Shown piece after piece: positions 53,071-64,000 of a stretch of DNA of 64,000 nucleotides (position 1 is the first letter of the stretch; each line of letters begins with the position of its first letter). The notes under the pieces were generated by a model. That model was not told the origin of the DNA, searched no databases, and saw only the letters and a program-made list of their open reading frames with translations. The DNA comes from the human T2T-CHM13v2.0 reference genome, Homo sapiens, in NCBI RefSeq assembly GCF_009914755.1, contig NC_060937.1. One strand, given 5' to 3'. Made by a program: the position numbers and the translations under genes.

Positions 53071-53171
53071 AACATAATAAAAAAAAGCAAATGGATCAAG
53101 GTGGGGGATGGAAGAGTTCATGGTGAGGGAGAAAGGACTTACAGATAATCCCAAATCTGGTTTGTCTAAGA

Positions 53172-53720
53172 TGAGGTTTCCCAACGTGGGCACTAATTGA
53201 CATTTTGGACAGGACATTTCTTTGTTGTGGCTGCAGTACTGTGTATTGTAGGATGCTTAGCAACATCCCTATCTTCTACCTACAGAATGCCAGTAGCACC
53301 CCAACCCTAGTCGTGACAAAAATATTTCCAGACATTGCCAAATATCCCCTAAGACAGGGGTCCCCAACCCCCGGGCTGCAGACCAGTACTGGTCCGTGGC
53401 CCACTATGAACCAACAGTAGGCAAGCCAGCATTACTGCCTGAGCTCTGCCTCCTGTCACATCAGCTGTGACATTAGATTCTTATAGCAGCAGGGAACCTT
53501 ATCTTGAACTGTGCACATGGGGGATCTATAGGTTGTGCGCTTATGAGACTCTAATGACTGATGATCTGGGATGGCACAGTTTCATCCAGAAAACATCCCT
53601 ACCCCCGCCACTCCCAACCCAGTCAGGTGGAAAAATTGTCTTCCATGAAATGGGTCCCTGGTGCCAAAAAGGTTGGGGACCACTGCCCTAAGGGGTAAAG
53701 GTCCCCCCTGGGTGGGGAGC
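53172..53720. mobile_element. MER20 hAT element split by MER1B
   Basis: gcactaattgacattttgg...gatgcttagcaacatccct...ccagacattgccaaat. Confidence 0.8.
53355..53685. mobile_element. MER1B-like hAT MITE with 8-bp TSD ccctaag(a/g)
   Basis: Terminal inverted repeats caggggtccccaacc / ggttggggaccactg. Confidence 0.9.
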
Positions 53721-53741
53721 ATTAGTCTAGGTGAGTGTTTA

Positions 53742-54295
53742 TGAGGCAGGAGAACAGGGTCTGGAGGCAGAGAACCTAAGACCAATTCACCCTGACTTCC
53801 TACAACTAAGTTGATAGGAAAACCCCAACTTTCCATGCCTAAGTAACAAAAAGACCAGAGGCTACTCCCTTTGCAAACCCACACCTTATCTGTGCAGCAG
53901 ATAGAAAATTGAAAGTTGGTTGCAAAATTGGTTGCTTTCTGCAAACAGACATTTGCATGGGAGTGTAACTTTGTAACTTCACTTCAGCCTCTGACTGGTT
54001 GCTTTCTGCAACCAATCAGACTGACTGTGGGCCACCACTTCATTTACATGGGGTGAACACCCAGGTAGACAATGGGAAACCTCTAGAGGGTGTTTGGGCC
54101 CCAGAAGATTCCTTTTCCAGGGTCCTTGAGCCGCTGCTTGGGCCCACTCCCACACTGTGGAGTGTACTATCATTTTCAACAAATCTATGCTTTCTTTGCT
54201 TCACTCTTTCCTTGCTTTGCTGTGCATTTTGTCCAATTCTTTATCCAAAACGTCAAGAACCTGGACAACTTGCAGTCAAGACCCCCTCAATAACA
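53742..54295 (+). mobile_element. ERV1 solo LTR (MER51-like)
   Basis: tgaggcaggagaacagggtctggaggcag ... caagaacctggac ... taaca. Confidence 0.8.
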
Positions 54296-55496
54296 GCTAT
54301 GCCATAAATTAGGGCCTACCAGAAGAGGTGCCAGAATGGCTCTTTGATTATAATCTCAAACTTGAAGGGGCTGAACATTTTCCTGCAAGGCGTGGTAAAT
54401 CTATGGAGGAGAGCAGATGTGACCTTTTCCTAAATGTTCGTTTCTGCTGTGGATACATCATTCATCTTTCTCTAGGAGTTCTATGTTCCCCAAATATGGC
54501 TAGCTATACAGTCCTCAAATGTCAAGCCATTACATCAATAAGGAACAGTAGTTTCTTATAGAAAACTCAGGGGAAAATCAACTTTAAATGATCATCTACC
54601 TACATTACCCCTATATTTGATGTAGTATCTTTGGTCATCATATTATGCCTATAGTTTAATTTTGCAAACGCAAATATTGTAAATTGTATAGCCTGGTCAG
54701 TAGCCTTTTAAATGTTTTGTTGTACTCTAACATTATGTAATAAGTTGTCTTTTGTGTTTTCCTTGTCCTGTTAGCTTTACTTCTGGTTCACAATACTTAT
54801 GTTCTTCAATGACTTATAGTGGTTAATAGACCAGTGATTCTATCTTCTTGATAGCTTTGGATATTTTTTATGTTTATCATCTTTTGATATTAGTAGTGTT
54901 TTAAAATTTCAAATGTTAATTATTGTTTACTTATACAACATTCTTAAAAATTTAGGTTCAGGAAATGACTTTTAGTCAAGAATATCTATTATAAATAGTC
55001 ACAGGAATTTTAAATTTATAGTTATGCATCACTTTACAATGTGAAAGATTTGGACATTATTACCTACGTTTTCATTCTCTTTGTCATATTTAGAAAACTA
55101 ATATTTTGAATCTACTGATTCCATCAGGGCAGAGGAATAAAGGGCCTCAAAAATCTGCAAGCTGCCCAGGCCACTTGAGGCTATTTTAATGGCCTAACAT
55201 TAAGAGTAGTAGGGAGGATATGCAAAAGATTAAAGAAACATTTCTTACTACAAACTTCTATTTAAATTTAACATCAGCCTCATCACCTTTTGTGAATTTT
55301 ACAGGAAATACAGAAACTATGTTCTTTATATATAACTCAATACCATTCAAGCTCGAGATCAGGTGATAGCTGAACTTTCCAAGGCAAAATTAAGTGCCCC
55401 AACTGCATAGATATAGCAAAGATGTTAGTACTACAATTTAGCAATTATTTCTCTCTTTAATCAGAGTAGTCTATTGATTTTACACACTATGTTGTG

Positions 55497-55838
55497 TTTT
55501 TGAGACACAGTCTCACTCTGTTGCCCAGGCTGGAGTCTAGTGGTGTGCTCTGGGCTCACTACAGCCCCCACTTCCTGGGTTCAAGCAATTCTTCCACCTC
55601 ATCCTTCGAGTAGATGGGACTATAGATGTGTGCCACCATACTTGGCTAATTTTCGTATTTTTAGTAGAGACAGGGTTTTGCCATGTTGGCCAGGATGGTC
55701 TCGTAGAGACAGGGTTTTGCCATGTTGGCCAGGATGGTCTCAAACTCCTGGCCTCAAGTGATCCTGGCCTCAAGTGATCCGCCTGCCTCAGCCTCCCAAA
55801 ATGCTTGGATTACTGATGTGAGCCACCGTGCCCAGCCT
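55497..55838 (-). mobile_element. Alu with two internal tandem duplications
   Basis: Reverse Alu; 39-bp and 16-bp duplications. Confidence 0.9.
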
Positions 55839-56012
55839 CACACACTATGTTGTAAGCTCCAAGTTTTTATTCATCTTTGCAAACCCAATGAGGTTTGCCT
55901 GTAATAAGCCTTCAGTGAACACTTCTTGAATTAAAGATCTTTATTTCATTCTAAAAAATCTTCAGGGTCCCCATATTTGAAACATATGTCCACTCCTATC
56001 CTTTCATTGTGA

Positions 56013-56018
56013 TTTATT
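56013..56018 (-). terminator. TEX30: Candidate TEX30 polyadenylation signal AATAAA (second copy at 55940-55945)
   Basis: tttatt on plus strand about 420 nt past the stop codon. Confidence 0.6.
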
Positions 56019-56438
56019 AAAAGATAAGGTGAAGAGATGTGTGCATTCTATAAATCTCTGACTAGATTAACCATAATGTTTTCCTTTTCTGAAGATAACG
56101 CTGCTCTGCAAAATTTCTCAGTTGCCTATCAATAAGACAAAAGCACCTTTTTGTAACAAAATTCAGATGTTTAATTTTTTTCAAAACTTAACTATACTAA
56201 TGAAAATAAATTATATGTAGACCACCTTCAATATTTTTACATCATCTTTATACAACTGTAACAGTGCTTTCAAAAGACATTTTGTGAAGGACATTAATTT
56301 CACATTTAAAACGTGTTTCAAAAATAAGGGAACATTAAAGAACATCAAATTAGTCTGAAATATATCTCACAATGCTGAGAGGCATACTCTTCTTTATCAA
56401 ATTAACTGTATGTGTACTCAAGATAACATGGCTTTTAA

Positions 56439-56618
<180 letters not shown>

Positions 56619-57211
56619 CTAAAGAGAAAAAGAAGAGGATACTAGACTAATGTTCTGTTGATATTTAATAAAAGGTCCTCTCTCCCCTGCCTATACTGGC
56701 ATTCATTCCCAAGTATTCATTAAATGCTTTCTCAGACAACTTTCTAGGTAATAGAATGTGTGAGGAAATGTCCGTAAAAGTGGCAGTCCACTTCTCTCAG
56801 CTGTAGCAGTATCAGATCAAGCATTTATTACTAATAAAATGTAAAATAAATTGGAATAAAAAAATTTCTTCCCCCAAAAATCTTTTTCCCAAGCAAATTA
56901 TATGCCCTGGGGAATATAAAGTTGTTTCATAATATTGGGCTAATATTTAGTAATGTGTAGACATTGCCAACCCTTTCTCAAGAATCAATTTTATAACAAA
57001 TACTCTGCCTGAATGTTGAAATGATTAAAAAAATCTATAGTGTAGTAATCCCAAAATCAGATGATTCAGATATTAATCCTTCATTTTCCAAGTAAGGGTC
57101 ATATTTACCAACTCTATTTCCAGGGATACAAATTTTGTCACTATACTTATATTTTTAGGTTCTCAAAAGCAACAGAGTAACCAGGACACAAAACTAGCAT
57201 TAGTCAAATTA

Positions 57212-57526
<315 letters not shown>

Positions 57527-57668
57527 TTAAAATTAAGTTCAGTTTGAAATATAAACTTTCACATAAAGTAGCAGTGATGGTGTGGCAAATTGGATCTTTT
57601 ACTGTTCATCATATCTGTTTACCAACAAATTAACTCCAAAAGGCAGCAATTAACAAGTTGCAATACCA

Positions 57669-57973
<305 letters not shown>

Positions 57974-58297
57974 TTAAATGCTAAAAAAATAAAAGGCAAT
58001 TATTTTTCTAAAGAACACTTAAAAGGACAAGGACAATCATTGTAAAGGAATCATCATATGCAGGATGATGATTCAGGGATATGAATAAAAGGAGAGAGGC
58101 TCAGATTATAATACATATACATGAGGTTCAAGTTTGCTCTAAGTATATAAAGTGCTTTAACATTAAAAAGGTGACTTACCAAAACAACAAAAAAAATCCT
58201 TAAATTAGCTTCCTATGATCAACTAATTTTAATTCTCCATTACCTATTCCTATATTAAAACAGGTAATTAACAAGTATTCACAAGTATTGCACTTAC

Positions 58298-58349
58298 CTC
58301 CAAGAAAAACACCTGCAAGTTTGTATTCTCCTGATGTCTTCAGGTAATT
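58298..58349 (-). CDS. TEX30: TEX30 coding exon (NYLKTSGEYKLAGVFLG)
   Basis: 52 nt; acceptor tttttctAG, donor GTAAGT; phases 0/1. Confidence 0.95.
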
Positions 58350-58733
58350 CTAGAAAAATAAAAAAATCATCAGTTCTTCACCTATAAAATATTCCACTGG
58401 AAAGGCAAGATATATTGTTTCTCATCATTACTGAAATGTATGAAAATCTATGCAAAGATAACCAGAAAATCTTAAGGGATTTTTCTTAAAAGAAGTAAGC
58501 AGTCCTTCCTCTTCTGGTCATGCCTTCACTATTAAATCACATGTTAGGTAATACAGGCAAATATGTGAGAAAAAAAGTCAATCTACCTTTACTAAAATAT
58601 TTAAGCACTAAACTATTTTTTAGAGAATTATTTTTTAAAAAGGCCAGCAAAGGCTTCCAACTAATACCAAATTTGATAATGTTAACATCTAAAGTTCTAA
58701 AAAACTTATTAGTAAGCTTGAAATTATTTAGAT

Positions 58734-58945
58734 CAGGGGTGTTCAATCTTTTGGTTTCTCTGGGCCACAGTGGAAGAACTGTGTTGTGCCACACATAAAA
58801 TACACTAACACTCATGACACCTGATAAGCTTAAAAAAAAATTGCAAAAAAAATCTCATAATGTTTTAAGTAAGTTTACAAACTTGTGTTGGGCCACGTTC
58901 AAAGCTGTCCTGGGCCATATGTGGCCCATGGGTTGGACAAGCTTG
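58734..58945. mobile_element. MER30-like hAT MITE with 8-bp TSD atttaga(t/g)
   Basis: caggggtgttcaatc ... ggttggacaagcttg. Confidence 0.9.
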
Positions 58946-59321
58946 ATTTAGAGAAACTTTAGTGTTATCCAGGATTTTAAGCAAGGTTTCTAAATAACAT
59001 ATACAGAAAACAGTATCATATTTATACATGCATAGTATGGTAGATGAAATATTCTAGAATGCCAAAATGATGTGCTAAAGTTACATAATTCCAGGGAGAA
59101 AAATCATAAGTAGCTTCCTTGGCAATATCACGGAGGAACATTTATGATGTAAGCATTCATCTCCATGGAAACTGATGACAAGGGAAATCTGACGACTAAA
59201 AAGCTTTCATGTACTGCTGAGTTTTCTAAGAATACACTCATTCAAAGATTTTTTAAATTAAACCAGATGACTAATAAAATTTATCTTACATTTATTAAGG
59301 ATTTCAAACAGAATTCTGTTA

Positions 59322-59603
<282 letters not shown>

Positions 59604-59709
59604 TCAAAAATTACTTTCTTGCCTATTAAGACAACTGAACAGCTATATATATGTTTGCTCTGTGAGGCTCATAATTCAAGTCATAGCCTCCAAATAAAAA
59701 GTAGTGATA

Positions 59710-59950
59710 TTAATAATAGTAGTTAAGTGCTTACTGTGTCGGGTATTATTATAAGTGCTTTATATGTATTAACTTATTTCACTTTTCTAACAATTCTGTG
59801 AGGCAAGCACTATCATTATCCCCATTTTATAGATAAGGCACAGCAGATTAAGTAACTTGCCCAAGGTTATATAGCCGCTAGCTAGGATTTAAACTCAGGG
59901 TAGTCTGCTCTAGATTCCTCGCTCTTAACCACTTATGCTATACTGCCTCC
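59710..59950 (-). mobile_element. MIR
   Basis: attatccccattttatagataagg...taagtaacttgcccaagg. Confidence 0.85.
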
Positions 59951-60049
59951 CACAGTGAAAGTTGAAAATAAAATTACTCTGAAGCCACATAATTACAAAC
60001 AAACAAAAAACCAGGAACCCTGAAGATGCAGAACATACGAAAATATTAC

Positions 60050-60064
60050 CTCTGTATGACTCAT
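60050..60064 (-). CDS. TEX30: TEX30 first coding segment (MSHTE) in exon 60050-60124
   Basis: aaaATG at 60064, donor GAG|GTAATA, acceptor tcttcttttcAG at 60126-60125. Confidence 0.9.
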
Positions 60065-60569
60065 TTTCACTGTTGAATAACAAACTTAAAGTGCATTTAC
60101 ATCTGAGAAGCAAAGGACATCTCCCTGAAAAGAAGATTCTGTTGTGAAAGGTGAGTTGGCAGACATGGATATGACACAAAAACTATGAATGAACACATTC
60201 AGTAGCTAAAATAAACATTTAGAATTACTTCCCTAAAATCTGGTGTCTTTACATGTACATTTTTCTACGGGCACTCAGAATTGGTTAGAGGGCCAGGTGC
60301 AGGGTTGGTAGATGTTATAGAAGATAAAACAAAGGTGATACTTTGACATGGAAACTGTAAGGTAATTCATATCAAAGTAGGATGCTGTATCTTGTCAAAA
60401 TATGGTAATGTAAAATGTATAAATACACATTTTTGTAAGAATCTTCATTCTAAACCAACTATCCTAAACTTAATTTTTCAGCATCTTTCCATTAACCCAT
60501 TTTCTTCATCATTATAGTTCCCAAGCCTACCCATCCACATCTTGTCATGGAACTTCACAGTGCTGCTAG

Positions 60570-60916
60570 AAGGCAGAGTATATATGTCTTCACCCTGTTT
60601 ACTTTGGACTTGGCTACGTAACTTGTTTTAACTAATGGAATGTAGGTAGACATTTCAATGTGTGACTTCTGAGCTGAGGCATGGCAAACTTCCAGAAGCC
60701 CTTTTGAACTTTCACCCTCAGCCATGAGAAAAACATGCTCTAGGTGGTTTTGCATTTTCAGCCTGGGTCTCAAAATGAAGACACACGGAACAGAACTGAA
60801 CCCAAAACTGAAGTCTGGAGTCCAGACTAGTCTAACCAACATCTGACCAACAGCTGATCTGAAGATCCATGAGCATAAAATGTAAGCCACTGAAATTTTG
60901 GGGTTGTTATGCAGCA
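60570..60916 (+). mobile_element. Old MLT1-type LTR relic
   Basis: Ends aagccactgaaattttggggttgttatgcagca. Confidence 0.6.
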
Positions 60917-61240
60917 TTCCTTCCTATGTTAAGAGCTCTTGTATTGTTTAAGACATTACCAACATCAGGATCTCCATTACTCACCCATTTTTCCCATTAA
61001 CATTTATTTATTCATTCATTCAATAGGTAACAATAACATGGTTTAAAGTTCAAAAGGTACCAAGAATATGTAGTGAAAAAGTCTCACTCATTCCACTCTT
61101 GACTTGACATCAGATTCCCCTCTCCAAAGGTAACCAATATTATCTGCTTCTTACTTATCCTTCCACATAGCACTGTACTTATTTTCACACGAGTGTAAGT
61201 GTATTTATAAGATAAATTCCTGGGGAAGGAATCGCTGTGT

Positions 61241-61487
61241 CAAAGGGTTTGTTCATAATTTTTTACAGAATTTTTTCATAGAACTTCCCAAGGTGAATAC
61301 ATTTCATTTTTGAATAGGTATCATGTGCACACGGTACATTAAAAAAATGTAAACAGAAGTCAAAGTATTTGTTCATAATTTACAGAATATGTTTTTCATA
61401 GATCTTCCTGAGGTGAAGAATACATTTCATTTTTGAATAGGTATCGTGTGTACATGGTACATTTTAAAAGACAATGTAAACAGAAGT
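61241..61487. repeat. Diverged ~120-bp tandem duplication
   Basis: caaag..tttgttcataatt...aatgtaaacagaagt occurs twice, at 61241 and 61361. Confidence 0.9.
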
Positions 61488-62182
61488 TTCCACACACTCT
61501 TCCCCCAACCACCAAGTTCCTTTCACTTCCTAGAAACCACCATAAGCAACTTATTATGTACCTTTCCCCATCTGTGTGTGTGAGCGTGTAGAATTCTCTT
61601 ATTTCAGCCTGGAGAGCATTAGTCTGATCTGACTGCAAAAGTTTTGGAAGTTGAGTGAGACAAAGGAGATGAAAGACTTCAAGCTTCAGTGTCCCTATCT
61701 TCATACATGCAGCCCCACAATTATGCCTGGGTTTCTCAGTTCAAAGATCCTCTGTTTTACTTTCTCAAGAGAATAAGCCTCCATCCAGTCTTCTAACAAG
61801 GGGAAAGGCAGTCACCCAACAGGTGAAATGGGGAAGGGGATCTGGATATCCAATTGCTTCTCAGATTTCACCTAAATCATCTTTCTTTAAGCTCCTTACA
61901 CCCACCTTCTGCACCACACCACCTTCATTCCCAGTACCACCGCTGTCCAGTGCTGCCAGTTTCCGTGCAGTTTGAAGATTCTGTGGTTAATACAGGGTTT
62001 GCTAAGCCATACATGTTTTGGAGCCCGCTATTTGATTGCCAGCGTTTCCTTTCCTATTCTCCCATTGCTGGAGGTTCATGTTTGTTTTTAAATAGCCTTA
62101 ATGTAAGTTTAGTGAAACTTCATGAAGGAGTAAATTTAGATGCATGTAAACAACCACTATCTTAATTTAGAATGCTTCCCTA

Positions 62183-62954
<772 letters not shown>

Positions 62955-62979
62955 TGAAGCCTGGCCCGGCCTCAGTGCC

Positions 62980-64000
62980 CTCAATGGCGATGGTGAAGAT
63001 GACCGGCTAGAGGTGCTGCGCCCACGAAACGCCAGCTCTAGTGGCGTCCGGAGCGCCGGCTCCACCGGCTAGGCGGTCGGCGGAGTTCTAGGACGACAAC
63101 TACTCACAAGGGCTGGGCGATCACCTCCCACGCCACGGGACGGAGACGCCACAGCCCCTTCAACTTTCAGTTACAAACGTTCGTGCCCTGTTACGTCCAC
63201 AGCATTAAGCTGGCTGTCGTGGGGCAAACAAAAACGTTGAGTCCGAGTCTTACGGGGGGTCGGGTCAACAACCCCAGCAAACATGGAGAGAAAATTCAAA
63301 GCGGGTCTCACGGGCGTGCGGGGCTCGGCGGCGCTCGGGGCACGGGATCCGTTCTCTCCGCAAATGCGCGCTGCCGGGGCTGCGCCGCGGGCTGCCCCGG
63401 TCGACCCCTCTCAACTCCGAGGCTACTTCGAGCCAGTCACCCGGGACTGGCTGACGTGGTCCAGGTTGGCCCCGTCCGGCTCTCCCCGCCCGTACCAACC
63501 CCACATTCCGCCCTCCTACCCGGCAAAGCGGACGAAGCCCCCACCGGCTGGTGCCCGCGGGCACCGAACTTAGCGGAACGCCTCCCGGCTCGGACCAGAC
63601 GCCCCTGAGGAGTGACGCCCGCGAGCCTCAAACGTCTCAGGCGGGCCTGCCGGGTGCTCTCCCCGTCTCCCAGGAAGCCGCCCGTCAGCCGGCGGCGCCA
63701 ACCGCCACCGCCGCACTTACCCGGGAAGGCAAAAGTGGCCGCGGGCACCCAACCGCCGTCACTCCCTTCAGGGAGCTGACTAGCGCGCTCGAAGCGACCG
63801 CCTCGCCTGCCCCGCCACAGCGTTCGGCTACGACGCACGCGCGCGCAGGCCACGCCCCCCGGGTGCGCGGGCCGGGCCGCAGAGCACGCCGGGAGCGTGG
63901 GTCTCCCAGCCCGCCACATCCCAGGGCTGTACGCGCGGACTAGCGGAGCTAGGGGAAGGTGCCAGGGTGGCCGCCGCCTCAGTAGCACGCGGACGGCTGG
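62980..64000. promoter_or_regulatory. TEX30: CpG island / TEX30 promoter
   Basis: Very high GC and CpG density; GC box ccccgcc near 63810; NRF1-like GCGC run at 63835-63850. Confidence 0.9.
63721..63840 (-). other. TEX30: TEX30 non-coding exon 1 (5' end approximate)
   Basis: Strong donor CGG|GTAAGT at 63720 inside the CpG island; no ATG in the exon. Confidence 0.75.

Overview
Primate, very probably human, genomic DNA matching the 13q33.1 CCDC168-TEX30 locus. Two minus-strand protein-coding genes were reconstructed exon by exon from GT-AG sites. CCDC168 has 4 coding exons (48740-48970, 48581-48614, 48448-48490, 19518-40455; 21246 nt, 7081 aa), with one N-terminal transmembrane helix and a 20.9-kb, internally repetitive last exon. 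TEX30 has 5 coding exons plus a non-coding first exon in a CpG island (684 nt, 227 aa alpha/beta-hydrolase fold). The rest is repeat-rich: about 25 Alus, L1/L2/MIR relics, MaLR/ERV LTRs, hAT elements, an ERVL pol relic and a U13 snoRNA retrocopy. The most interesting signals are a candidate plus-strand spliced transcript divergent from CCDC168, a candidate poison exon in CCDC168 intron 3, uORF-loaded leaders on both genes, a multi-level repeat architecture and SPATA31-like motifs in CCDC168, and a templated insertion inside a hairpin at 6.4-6.8 kb. I found no clearly new biological system. Repeat subfamily names come from memory of consensus sequences and repeat boundaries are approximate.
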